A DNA stretch of 37,567 nt from IMG/VR virus record IMGVR_UViG_3300020044_002757, positions 1 through 37,567 of that record. One strand, 5' to 3'. Of this stretch, positions 18,040 through 25,881 are shown one piece after another. Source of the stretch: a virus (taxonomy: Duplodnaviria > Caudoviricetes). The position numbers and the translations under genes were made by a program. Each line of letters begins with the position of its first letter. Within the stretch, counting starts at the first letter, position 1. The notes beneath the pieces were generated by a model that saw nothing but the letters and a program-made list of their open reading frames with translations, made no database searches and was not told where the DNA came from.

Positions 18040-19371
18040 TTAACCTAATGCAATTGCTAAGGCAACTGCTGTTCCCGCTGGGTCTACTTGTAAGTTTGCT
18101 TGTGCTGCAGCAACGTTAGCTACATCACTAAGGTTATTAGCCCTATAATTGTATGTTGTATCTGATCCAGTGGCGGTAACACCAAGAGATGTTCTACCAG
18201 TAGCTGCTACTAATCCAGTAGCTCCACCATCCCATTTAAACCTATCGGTATAAGAAGTGTCCCAATTAGCTTGGCTAGCTGTTGTAGGTATTGAGTAACC
18301 TGAAGCATAGCTAACCGCTAGAGTACCACTACTTGTAACTGGTGAACCTGATATAGCTAACCCAGTAGGAACTGTCATACCAACACTAGTAACAGTACCT
18401 ACATAGGTATCATTAGAAGTAATAGTAAAGTTAGGATATGTACCTGTAACACTAGTTGTGCCAGCACCAGTTAAAGCTACTGTTTGATCAGGAGCACTAT
18501 TGGTAACAGTAAAGTTAGGGTATGTACCTGATGTACTAATCCCAGTACCAGCAGTTAAAGCAACTGTTTGGTCAGGAGCACTATTTGTAATAGTAAAGTT
18601 AGGATATGTTCCACTAGTACTAATGCCTGTACCACTAGTTAGTGCTACTGTTTTATCAGGTGCTGTATTAGTAATAGTAAAGTTAGGGTATGTTCCACTT
18701 GTAGATATACCTGTGCTAGCTGTTAAAGCTACCGTCTGATCAGGAGCACTATTTGTAATAGTAAAGTTAGGGTATGTACCTGATGCGCTAATACCTGTTC
18801 CAGATGTTAACACAACTGTCTGATCAGGAGCACTGTTAGTAATATTCAATGTGCCGCTTGTTGTAATAGGGCTACCAGTAATACTAATACCTGTACCTGC
18901 TGTAGCTGCAACTGATGTTACTGTACCAGTACCTGCAGTTACCCATTGTGTATCATAGTTAGTACTGCTTGCTTTAGCTAATACCTGATTAACAGTTCCA
19001 CCTGTAGCTACTCCGGGACCTGTAGCCCCTGTATCACCACGAGGAATAGTAAAGTTAAATACTGCAGCAGATGTTGATCCTGAGTTATTTACACTGGCTG
19101 AACTACCCGCAGCACCTGTAGTGGTTGTACCTACATTAATAGTGGCAGCATCGCCCTGCTCACCTTGTATACCTTGTTCACCTTGCTCACCTTGAACACC
19201 TTGAATACCTTGATTACCTTGTGGTCCTTGTGGACCGGGTAAACCAATAGCACCAGTAGCTAATTCAGTATAGTATGGGGATGGTGCATACAAAGAAGTA
19301 TTAGTGACATCATCAACTGATACTTCTGTTACGCTTGTATTAAGTACCTGTATAATGGTATTATATGACAT
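18040..19371 (-). CDS. Fibre protein with collagen-like segment and 28-aa repeats, ending -AIALG
   Basis: (GxQ)n run, five NSAPDQTVAL..GTYPNFTIT repeats, C-terminus similar to 10467-11162. Confidence 0.8.
   Translation of the reverse strand: MSYNTIIQVLNTSVTEVSVDDVTNTSLYAPSPYYTELATGAIGLPGPQGPQGNQGIQGVQGEQGEQGIQGEQGDAATINVGTTTTGAAGSSASVNNSGSTSAAVFNFTIPRGDTGATGPGVATGGTVNQVLAKASSTNYDTQWVTAGTGTVTSVAATAGTGISITGSPITTSGTLNITNSAPDQTVVLTSGTGISASGTYPNFTITNSAPDQTVALTASTGISTSGTYPNFTITNTAPDKTVALTSGTGISTSGTYPNFTITNSAPDQTVALTAGTGISTSGTYPNFTVTNSAPDQTVALTGAGTTSVTGTYPNFTITSNDTYVGTVTSVGMTVPTGLAISGSPVTSSGTLAVSYASGYSIPTTASQANWDTSYTDRFKWDGGATGLVAATGRTSLGVTATGSDTTYNYRANNLSDVANVAAAQANLQVDPAGTAVALAIALG
18418..18837 (-). 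repeat. Five tandem 84-bp (28-codon) coding repeats
   Basis: Recurrent GTAAAGTTAGG(G/A)TATGT and ATCAGGAGCACT with an 84-nt period. Confidence 0.9.
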
Positions 19372-19372
19372 A

Positions 19373-19690
19373 TTAATCCCCTGTTTCTACAATGATAACA
19401 GGAATTGGATCTAGTATATCGGCAGCAGTACCATAGTCATATTTAATGTAAATATACAAAGTAGTAGGGGATAATCCCGCAATATTCTCTGGGTTTAATT
19501 GTATTGTGAATACACCAGTCTCTGCCTGTTTAGTAACAGTAAGCATTTCTAGTGTAGTAAAGGAGTCATTACGCAAAGCAGCTGTAATGGTGATAGCACT
19601 TACACTCTCAGCATCTCCAGTGGTGCTGTTTTTCTTTGTACATGTTAGAGTGGTAGTTCCACCTTTTTTAGCAATAATCTTTGTTGACAT
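19373..19690 (-). CDS. Small Ig-like/BppU-N-like virion protein
   Basis: Beta-rich; GVFTIQL.P....L; precedes the fibre gene; AAGGA RBS. Confidence 0.55.
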   Translation of the reverse strand: MSTKIIAKKGGTTTLTCTKKNSTTGDAESVSAITITAALRNDSFTTLEMLTVTKQAETGVFTIQLNPENIAGLSPTTLYIYIKYDYGTAADILDPIPVIIVETGD

Positions 19691-19769
19691 AATATTCCTT
19701 AAATGTTATGGTCAGTGTTATATATCCTCTCGTACACCTTCACAAACGAGAATAGACACAAGGGATAAT

Positions 19770-19925
19770 TTATTTATTCTGCCCTCTGATAGCCAAGTAT
19801 TGACCATCAGCTTCTTTTAGCTTACCATCTTGTTTAGGGTATACTAACTTATTAGGCTGTTGAGGTTTAATCAATGCCTTTAATTGTTCTTTTTCTTTAC
19901 CACGTAGGTTTAAATCAATAGCCAT
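19770..19925 (-). CDS. Hypothetical basic protein (51 aa)
   Basis: Not in the ORF track. MAIDLNLRGKEKEQLKALIKPQQPNKLVYPKQDGKLKEADGQYLAIRGQNK; co-oriented, fills the gap. Confidence 0.65.
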   Translation of the reverse strand: MAIDLNLRGKEKEQLKALIKPQQPNKLVYPKQDGKLKEADGQYLAIRGQNK

Positions 19926-19931
19926 ATTCTT

Positions 19932-20213
19932 TCACCATTTAACTTTGTTAGCCCAGTATGCCGCTGATAGGGGTCCTTTAGAGATATTCTCCGCATGTCT
20001 AGCTTTAAAAGCTTCTCTACGTTTTCTATCTGATTCAGACTCACCTTCCTTCTTAGGGGAACCCTGAGTACCTTGTTCACCAAAACGAATAGTCTTAACA
20101 GTGTCACCACTCTTAGCTACTACAATATGACTCTTAGTAGGATGACCGGGTGTTCTTTTAGGTTTATTAAAACCAGATACACCAGCCCTAGTTAATCGAG
20201 AATCTTTTTCCAT
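19932..20213 (-). CDS. Conserved basic phage protein
   Basis: KPKRTPGHPTKSH...KTIRFGEQG...FKARH...SAAYWANKVKW. Confidence 0.75.
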   Translation of the reverse strand: MEKDSRLTRAGVSGFNKPKRTPGHPTKSHIVVAKSGDTVKTIRFGEQGTQGSPKKEGESESDRKRREAFKARHAENISKGPLSAAYWANKVKW

Positions 20214-20662
20214 TATCTTTTATCCATATTAAGTTTAACATCAGGTTCATTTTCAGACATATAGTTTCTTAAATCATTCAATGAATGAGTATATTTCAAC
20301 ATGGTTGATGATGGAGTATACACATCTCTCTTACCTTCTTTAGCCCAAGAACCACCTTCATATTTACCTCCCCATGGGGCAGGTGTTTTGTGATACATAG
20401 ATTGATCACTAAAAGTGGGGTGATTAGGCTTTTTATATAGGTCAGTACCATGACCATTCTCACCTAGTTTCTCTTTATTCTTATAAAAGCCCCTAAGATC
20501 ATAGTCAATAGTGTCATTCTCTTTACCATTTTTTTTAGCCCACTCTTGAAATTTTAATTCTTCAGTAGGGTTTAACACAGTGTTAAATCTTTTTTGATAA
20601 TAAGAATCATCTAGGGGTTCACTAAGGGGGCCACCTACTAATTGAGGTACATCTTCATTCAT
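20213..20662 (-). CDS. Conserved hypothetical phage protein
   Basis: DYDLRGFY...GHGTDLYKKPNHPTFSDQSMY motif. Confidence 0.7.
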   Translation of the reverse strand: MNEDVPQLVGGPLSEPLDDSYYQKRFNTVLNPTEELKFQEWAKKNGKENDTIDYDLRGFYKNKEKLGENGHGTDLYKKPNHPTFSDQSMYHKTPAPWGGKYEGGSWAKEGKRDVYTPSSTMLKYTHSLNDLRNYMSENEPDVKLNMDKR

Positions 20663-20678
20663 AGGTAACTTTCTTTAA

Positions 20679-21428
20679 TTAACTACCAACAACTACTACA
20701 TTGATATATTCAAATACCATATAGTCAGTAGCTACAGCTAATTGACCAGTAAATTTAAGAGGAACATCAACTTTAGTTTCTTCTGTAGCATATACTGCAG
20801 CAGAAGCTGAGGCTCCATGACCAGACGAAGCTAATGGATTGCCAACTTGTTTATTAGTAACACCTCTATTAGTTAATTCTTTATCAATATTATTTGTTAA
20901 GCTAGTTGTGATAACTGAAGTATGAATAGCAGTAGAACCAAATAAAATCTTAGGTGTTTTGTTATTAGCATTAGTAGGTGTAGAAATTAAACACTTAATT
21001 AATACTTGACCTGTAGTACCCATTAAACCACCGGGAATACTTTCCCTTGTAACAGCTAAATCAGCCGCAGTAGTTTGAGTATAAGCTGAATTAGATCCTA
21101 CAGCTAATGTAGTATGTAAGTCTGCAGCATCGGCATCAGGAACAAAGTCAACAGAAACTGCTGAACGTGGGTTAGTATATACTTGACCTACAGTAGTACT
21201 AGAGAATTCTGCATAATATAAACCTGCAGCGCCACCTACAACTGCACCAGCAGGTAAGTAAATGAATGAATCACTGTATATAGTAGGTAACGCAGTAGTG
21301 AGAGTAATAGTACCGTTAGTAGCTACTGTACCACTTGAGGGGATAATAACTGGTAAACCAGTACTTATTAAATTAACCTGTGAGTTTGGCTTACTTACAA
21401 AAGTATTGCCTAATGTTAATGCTGACAT
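20679..21428 (-). CDS. Putative virion structural/decoration protein
   Basis: Thr/Ser/Val/Gly-rich beta protein right after terL; AAGGA RBS. Confidence 0.6.
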   Translation of the reverse strand: MSALTLGNTFVSKPNSQVNLISTGLPVIIPSSGTVATNGTITLTTALPTIYSDSFIYLPAGAVVGGAAGLYYAEFSSTTVGQVYTNPRSAVSVDFVPDADAADLHTTLAVGSNSAYTQTTAADLAVTRESIPGGLMGTTGQVLIKCLISTPTNANNKTPKILFGSTAIHTSVITTSLTNNIDKELTNRGVTNKQVGNPLASSGHGASASAAVYATEETKVDVPLKFTGQLAVATDYMVFEYINVVVVGS

Positions 21429-21438
21429 ATTTAATTCC

Positions 21439-23079
21439 TTATAACCATGTTGTTTCTATTTGCTGAAAGCTCCCCATCTTCTGTGTGAAGGGAACATTAG
21501 TCGTTGTTAATCTATCTCCATGTGTCCTTATTACTTCCAGAGCAATAGCCAGAGCGATAACGGTATCATCATTGTGACCAACAATAGCATTTGTCCTGCC
21601 GTTGTCATCAGCCACATAATTCATTAACTCCCCAATGATAGTCCTTGAAGGTATCCATATTTCCTCTTGTTCAATAGCATTCTTTAAGAATCCAATGATA
21701 GCTGGTTTAGAAGATGTGGTAGTTCTCCACCCCATTCTTAAACCTTCTTCCTTAGACACATTAGCCATCTTAGTCTGGTAATACATATTAACATACCCCA
21801 TCTGGGCTAGTCTATTCAGGGTAGCAATACCCATACTATTAGACTCCACCGCCATAAGAGCATTATTGTAATACCTACCTAGATAAAACAATAGATCTCC
21901 AAACTTACTTGGATCAATCATATTGTTTCTATATACGGCACATACCTGTCTTTCTGCATTCATTACTACTGCAGAAGAATAATCTTTACCTACCCCTAAT
22001 GATACATCAGCAGCAATAGCAAATGATTGATCAAAAGAAGGATACTTAAATATCTCAATGGAACCCTGCCGGGTATCTTCCATCATCATACTCTCAAAGT
22101 TAAATTCTCTCTGAGCTAATATAGGTTGAGGAATTAACTTAGCTAACTTCTCAATATTAAATACATTAGAGCCTGATACAATAAAGGCTTCTTCAGGTGT
22201 AGAAGGATACTCTTGTTTAAACTTATCAGTACCACTCTCAGCTATCTTGAGTCTCCTCCAGTATAACTGATCATCATCTAGGTTATACCTAGTGACTAAT
22301 ATCTCTTCCTCATCTGTCTTCTCAAACTCATCAGGAGCTTTCCTACGGTATTCAGACATAAGGAACCATGGTACGAATATAGGTACATATTCATTTTTAC
22401 CTGCTACAGCATCTACCCATAACCTGTGAAAAGAGTTACCTACACCATTAGCCGTACTCTCAAGAATAACTTCAGTACCGTCAGCCTGTGAAATACCCTG
22501 AAATAAACCCGCTAAAATTTTTTCATCATGTAACCAGAAAGCTACTTCTGAAAGGTGCGCAATCGTAGGAGTAATACCCCTACCCGCCTCAGGAGATCCT
22601 GCGGTATACAGCCTATAACCAGATTCATTATGTTCAAACATAATCTCTTTAGCATTAGACTTCTTTAATACTGGAGTAAATTGATCCGGCATATTAGAAA
22701 TAATATTCCGAGACATAGTAAAGAGAGCGTCTGAGGTAGCTGAATCATGAGCCATAACAACAGACTTGTTGTAAGCATTGAAATAAGACTTCCAGAATAC
22801 TCTACCAGTAGACAGTGTAGAAAGGCCCATTTGTCGGGCTTTCAAAATAATTGCTCTGACTTTTCCTGTTTCTTTTAATTGTCTTTCGATAGCATCATTC
22901 GCTATCTTCTGAGCTTCATTAAAAAGAAAAGGTTGGAATCCTAAGCGGGTGTCTTTGGGTAGAATCTTAATTTGCTCTTTCGCAAATAATTCAAAATTGT
23001 CTTGGTATTCTGCGAGTTTTTCTCTACGCTTTAGTTCCCTTAGAGCCTCTAGCTTGCGGGTGTTTGAAGTTGTTGACAT
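21439..23079 (-). CDS. terL: Terminase large subunit
   Basis: ILKARQMGLST (Walker A), HLSEVAF (Walker B), ESTANG (coupling), ADVSLGVGKDYS and HNDDTVIA nuclease motifs. Confidence 0.95.
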   Translation of the reverse strand: MSTTSNTRKLEALRELKRREKLAEYQDNFELFAKEQIKILPKDTRLGFQPFLFNEAQKIANDAIERQLKETGKVRAIILKARQMGLSTLSTGRVFWKSYFNAYNKSVVMAHDSATSDALFTMSRNIISNMPDQFTPVLKKSNAKEIMFEHNESGYRLYTAGSPEAGRGITPTIAHLSEVAFWLHDEKILAGLFQGISQADGTEVILESTANGVGNSFHRLWVDAVAGKNEYVPIFVPWFLMSEYRRKAPDEFEKTDEEEILVTRYNLDDDQLYWRRLKIAESGTDKFKQEYPSTPEEAFIVSGSNVFNIEKLAKLIPQPILAQREFNFESMMMEDTRQGSIEIFKYPSFDQSFAIAADVSLGVGKDYSSAVVMNAERQVCAVYRNNMIDPSKFGDLLFYLGRYYNNALMAVESNSMGIATLNRLAQMGYVNMYYQTKMANVSKEEGLRMGWRTTTSSKPAIIGFLKNAIEQEEIWIPSRTIIGELMNYVADDNGRTNAIVGHNDDTVIALAIALEVIRTHGDRLTTTNVPFTQKMGSFQQIETTWL

Positions 23080-23095
23080 ATACTTTGGTAATAGT

Positions 23096-23115
23096 TTCTC
23101 TATTAGGGGACGTCT
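23096..23115 (-). promoter_or_regulatory. Putative phage promoter, late class, at the head of the structural arm
   Basis: AGACGTCCCCTAATAGAGAA, identical to 1669-1688; 16 nt upstream of terL. Confidence 0.75.
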
Positions 23116-23166
23116 CTTTGTATTTTTTCTATAGCCCCTTATCTCTTTGTGTGTGAAAAAGAATCA

Positions 23167-23317
23167 GGGGTTTGTTGTTCTCCCCCTCCTGTGTTGCTGC
23201 TCCCCCTCGTCTCGTGTGGGGTGCTGCTGCTCGTGGTCGGGTCGTGCTGCTCTCCTCTCCCTGTCGGCTGCGCTGTGGCGCTGGTGCTGTCGGCTTCCTT
23301 TGTCTGCGCTGTCTTGG
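23167..23317. other. 151-nt adenine-free (+ strand), GC-rich non-coding tract; probable genome terminus/terminal-repeat region
   Basis: No A between 23166 and 23318; lies between the divergent arms; short repeats CTCCCCCTC x2 and TGCTGCTC x3. Confidence 0.7.
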
Positions 23318-23325
23318 AGTTCATT

Positions 23326-23481
23326 ATGCGTTCTATCTTCTTGTTCGTTTGTCTTCGCCGTGGTTTTGGTTTGTCCTTCTCGACTGGTTGCGGTCACTTG
23401 CTTAATGCTTGGGGTAGTGCTCAGTGGTACAGTGACATGTCTACAGTTGATTTGTTCTTGTTGGCTACTCGTAAGTCTTGA
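23326..23481 (+). CDS. First early gene, 51-aa hypothetical protein
   Basis: GGAG RBS, then MRSIFLFVCLRRGFG...ATRKS; stop abuts a hairpin element. Confidence 0.6.
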   Translation: MRSIFLFVCLRRGFGLSFSTGCGHLLNAWGSAQWYSDMSTVDLFLLATRKS

Positions 23482-23530
23482 GGGCTTTCTCGGTTGGCTC
23501 CGTTCGGGGCTTTCCGAGAGCGTCTTGCTC
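23479..23530 (+). promoter_or_regulatory. Intercistronic hairpin element, copy A (divergent)
   Basis: CTCGG/CCGAG and GGCTCC/GGGGCT stems; ends GAGAGCGTCTTGCTC. Confidence 0.6.
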
Positions 23531-23567
23531 GTCCCGCTCCTCGGGGTCTCTGGGGTTGGAATTTGTC

Positions 23568-23801
23568 ATGGTCTCTGTTTCTTTTCCTTCTTTGTTTGTT
23601 CGTGTTCCTCTTGCCTTGTTGCTGTGTGTGCAGGGTAAAGTTCCTTTGTTCAACCGCTATGAGGGTTTGTTCTGCGGTGCTGCTTGCCGTGTTGACTCTC
23701 GTGGTGTCTTCCCTCTGTGGGGTGGTGTCAATCCTTCTCATCACCACGGTGAAATCCTCACTGTCTCTGAGATGTGGGCATCATTGTTTGTTAAGCACTA
23801 A
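23568..23801 (+). CDS. Early hypothetical protein (77 aa)
   Basis: GGAATTTGTCATGG start context, similar to the next gene; MVSVSFPSLF...LFVKH. Confidence 0.6.
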   Translation: MVSVSFPSLFVRVPLALLLCVQGKVPLFNRYEGLFCGAACRVDSRGVFPLWGGVNPSHHHGEILTVSEMWASLFVKH

Positions 23802-23850
23802 GATCTCTGCCTATTGGGTGTAACAACCCAATGGAGAGCGATCTTGCTCT
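23799..23850 (+). promoter_or_regulatory. Intercistronic hairpin element, copy B
   Basis: TAAGATCTCTGCCTA-TTGGGT..ACCCAA-TGGAGAGCGATCTTGCTCT. Confidence 0.8.
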
Positions 23851-23867
23851 GTTTAAAGGAGTTTGTC

Positions 23868-24098
23868 ATGGGAATGTATGTAAGCGTTGGCTTGTTGGAC
23901 TTGGTTGATGCTGTGCCGCATTTGGCTGGTCTGTCGGTTGATAAGACCGAAAGCGGTGAAGACGTTGTTACGGTAATTCGTAACTACCACACCGCTGTTG
24001 GTGACTTGTTTGAGGGGCGTGTATCGTTCTCTCGCTCGTCTACACAAGCAATTGTTGAGATTTGCTTGAGTGTAGGGATTCCGTTTGTTTTCTCTTAA
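23868..24098 (+). CDS. Early hypothetical protein (76 aa)
   Basis: AAGGAG RBS; MGMYVSVGLLDL... Confidence 0.75.
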   Translation: MGMYVSVGLLDLVDAVPHLAGLSVDKTESGEDVVTVIRNYHTAVGDLFEGRVSFSRSSTQAIVEICLSVGIPFVFS

Positions 24099-24144
24099 GA
24101 TCTCTGCCTACAGGGTTATGCCCTGTGGAGAGCGATCTTGCTCT
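24096..24144 (+). promoter_or_regulatory. Intercistronic hairpin element, copy C
   Basis: Same 15-nt and 19-nt flanks as copy B; inner stem replaced by CAGGG..CCCTG. Confidence 0.8.
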
Positions 24145-24173
24145 TGTTAGTACATAACTCAAAGGAGATTCAC

Positions 24174-24371
24174 ATGTACACAATTTTTAACGTTCTCACC
24201 GCATTGTTATGGTCTCATGCTGCCGTATGGGGTATCGATCAGATCTACTTAGAAGGACATGGTGGTTTAATACCTGTCTTTGTATTGATAGCATCTGGCT
24301 TCCTTGCTGGTATGCAGATCACAGACCTGTTAGCTCATATTGAAGACAAACACAACAAAGGAGTACTGTAA
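24174..24371 (+). CDS. Early two-TM membrane protein (65 aa)
   Basis: AAGGAG RBS; two hydrophobic segments. Confidence 0.75.
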   Translation: MYTIFNVLTALLWSHAAVWGIDQIYLEGHGGLIPVFVLIASGFLAGMQITDLLAHIEDKHNKGVL

Positions 24372-24478
24372 TGTATTACGTCTACCATAGACTCACCAAG
24401 GTATTGATGTGCAAGACAACATCAATCAAGATCCTCAATGAGTACTCTCCTGAGTACTATGAGGTAGTAACGTACTAA
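24371..24478 (+). CDS. Small hypothetical protein (35 aa)
   Basis: Not in the ORF track. AAGGAG RBS, TAATG coupling; MYYVYHRLTKVLMCK... Confidence 0.6.
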   Translation: MYYVYHRLTKVLMCKTTSIKILNEYSPEYYEVVTY

Positions 24479-24559
24479 TCAACACTCTTCACGAGTATAA
24501 GTGAGACCTCTTGGGGTAAGTACCAAGGATAGTTATCATCAATCTGAAAAGGAAACATC

Positions 24560-24850
24560 ATGGAAGCTCAAGCAATCAAACCAGCGTTCGCTATCAAAGG
24601 CGATCTTACAACTACAGCCTACACAGCTACAGCTACTACATTGGTAGCAGTCTTTGTAGACAAAGAGAACCGTTACTGGTATGCAATCGATGATCAACAG
24701 ATCATCCGTAAGATGTCCATCACTCGTGATGTAGAACATGCTCGTAGAGAGTATAAGATTGCTCGTAACCTTGTAGGTAAGAAAGTACACTTCGGTGTTA
24801 CTCAAGGCTGGGATGGTAATGTATGGTTCAATGAAGTTGTTGAAGCATAA
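24560..24850 (+). CDS. Hypothetical protein
   Basis: AAGGA RBS; phage-like codon use. Confidence 0.75.
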   Translation: MEAQAIKPAFAIKGDLTTTAYTATATTLVAVFVDKENRYWYAIDDQQIIRKMSITRDVEHARREYKIARNLVGKKVHFGVTQGWDGNVWFNEVVEA

Positions 24851-24856
24851 GTAGGT

Positions 24857-24909
24857 ACTCTACCTGAAGACATTCCTCATGGGATGTCTTTGGGGAGAAT
24901 CCTCTCCAA
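24857..24909 (+). promoter_or_regulatory. Intercistronic hairpin element, copy D (degenerate)
   Basis: AAGACATTCC-TCAT-GGGATGTCTT stem with overlapping GGAGA-ATCC-TCTCC. Confidence 0.6.
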
Positions 24910-24938
24910 GGAAAGAACATAACTCAAAGGAGAATCAC

Positions 24939-25208
24939 ATGTTCATACTACTACAATCCCACCGTCCAGAAATGTTCGGTATCACAACCCAAAACTATCC
25001 CAATGAACAACCATGGGATCTACTTAAGGAATCAGCTCAGGAACTAGGCTGTAGCCTTATCTACAGTGTAGACACAGAAGGGAAGAGGACAGCATACCTA
25101 ACAGCACCTACCAAGGAAGCTCTTGAGTATGCAGTCTCTGTAGCTGACCTTGAAGGAACAGTTGTAGAAGTCACAAGCATCTATGACCAGAAAGTAGAGA
25201 TCCTCTAA
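24939..25208 (+). CDS. Hypothetical protein (89 aa)
   Basis: Start set at MFILLQ; AAGGAG RBS in a leader duplicated from the 24174 gene. Confidence 0.75.
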   Translation: MFILLQSHRPEMFGITTQNYPNEQPWDLLKESAQELGCSLIYSVDTEGKRTAYLTAPTKEALEYAVSVADLEGTVVEVTSIYDQKVEIL

Positions 25209-25342
25209 TGACTACCATGCCATTAAGTATCCTACATAGCCTTCCTCCTGAAGAATTCCTAGAAGTAATCAATAGAGCAAGAGTCCTTAGGTTAAGGCTC
25301 AGGCTGTATTGGATAGGGGAAGCCATAGGTAAGCCAGAATAA
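25208..25342 (+). CDS. Small hypothetical protein (44 aa)
   Basis: Not in the ORF track. TAATG coupling; MTTMPLSILHSLPPEEF... Confidence 0.5.
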   Translation: MTTMPLSILHSLPPEEFLEVINRARVLRLRLRLYWIGEAIGKPE

Positions 25343-25376
25343 CACCAAGAAGGGTACATTCTGGACCAACCTGAGT

Positions 25377-25459
25377 ACCTACCACAAGACTCATCCCACA
25401 GATATCTACTGCAATGACACTGCGAGAGGTAAACTGTGGGGAGTTTTGTGTGTGGGGGT
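25377..25459 (+). other. Long imperfect intergenic hairpin (RNase III site or ncRNA candidate)
   Basis: CACAAGACTC/GAGTTTTGTG, CCCACAG/CTGTGGG, TATCT/AGGTA and TGCA/TGCG stems with G-U pairs. Confidence 0.65.
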
Positions 25460-25488
25460 CTGATAGTGATAGCTAACAAGGAAACAAC

Positions 25489-25881
25489 ATGAGTACAGGT
25501 AACAAAAAAGAAACACTCGAAAGAGATCGCCTAAGTAAAAGCCAAGGAAACAACATGAGAAAACACATCCATCATGACACCATCGTAGCATGGGCTAAGG
25601 GCGCTGAAATTGAATTCTTGTCTGAAGGAAATAAATGGATAAATGCAAATACACCTATGTGGTGGACAGATATGCAATACAGAGTCAAACCAATGCCAGT
25701 CATCCGAGACGTCACCCACAACCTCTACATTAACAGTGTAGAAGAACTAGCTTTAGCATTCGAAGAAAGAGGAGTAGGCAAAGTACATCCCGCATACAAG
25801 CTCATAGGCTCAATCAAGCTTACGTTCCAAGACGACATAATCGTTAACTATTCTGAAACATTCATTGACGGAGTAACCTAA
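25489..25881 (+). CDS. Hypothetical protein, paralog of the next gene; second in-frame start at 25555
   Basis: H..I.AWA.GA.IEF...W...P.W....YR.KP motif. Confidence 0.75.
   Translation: MSTGNKKETLERDRLSKSQGNNMRKHIHHDTIVAWAKGAEIEFLSEGNKWINANTPMWWTDMQYRVKPMPVIRDVTHNLYINSVEELALAFEERGVGKVHPAYKLIGSIKLTFQDDIIVNYSETFIDGVT

Noticed and set aside
18418-18837. 84-bp repeats as a non-coding array
   Set aside because: They are in-frame coding repeats with mostly synonymous variation.
4031-19820. Plus-strand ORFs in the structural arm (for example 7990-8289, 10438-10896, 16804-17238, 19506-19820)
   Set aside because: Antisense shadows of well-supported genes, with no RBS or motifs.
23116-23166. Sigma70 early promoter at the arm junction
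   Set aside because: Only weak TTGTAT-like matches, with no convincing -10 at 16-18 nt spacing.
23139-23823. Many overlapping ORF-track calls on both strands (for example 23147-23638, 23164-23397, 23421-23747)
   Set aside because: Stop codons need both A and T, so an A-free strand is open in all six frames. Only RBS-supported starts at 23326 and 23568 were kept.
23799-24144. CRISPR-like mini-array
   Set aside because: The repeats are about 300 nt apart and flank whole genes, not 30-40 nt spacers.
25458-25486. Hammerhead ribozyme core (CTGATAG...GAAAC) next to the long hairpin
   Set aside because: Does not match CUGANGA, and the required stems are missing.
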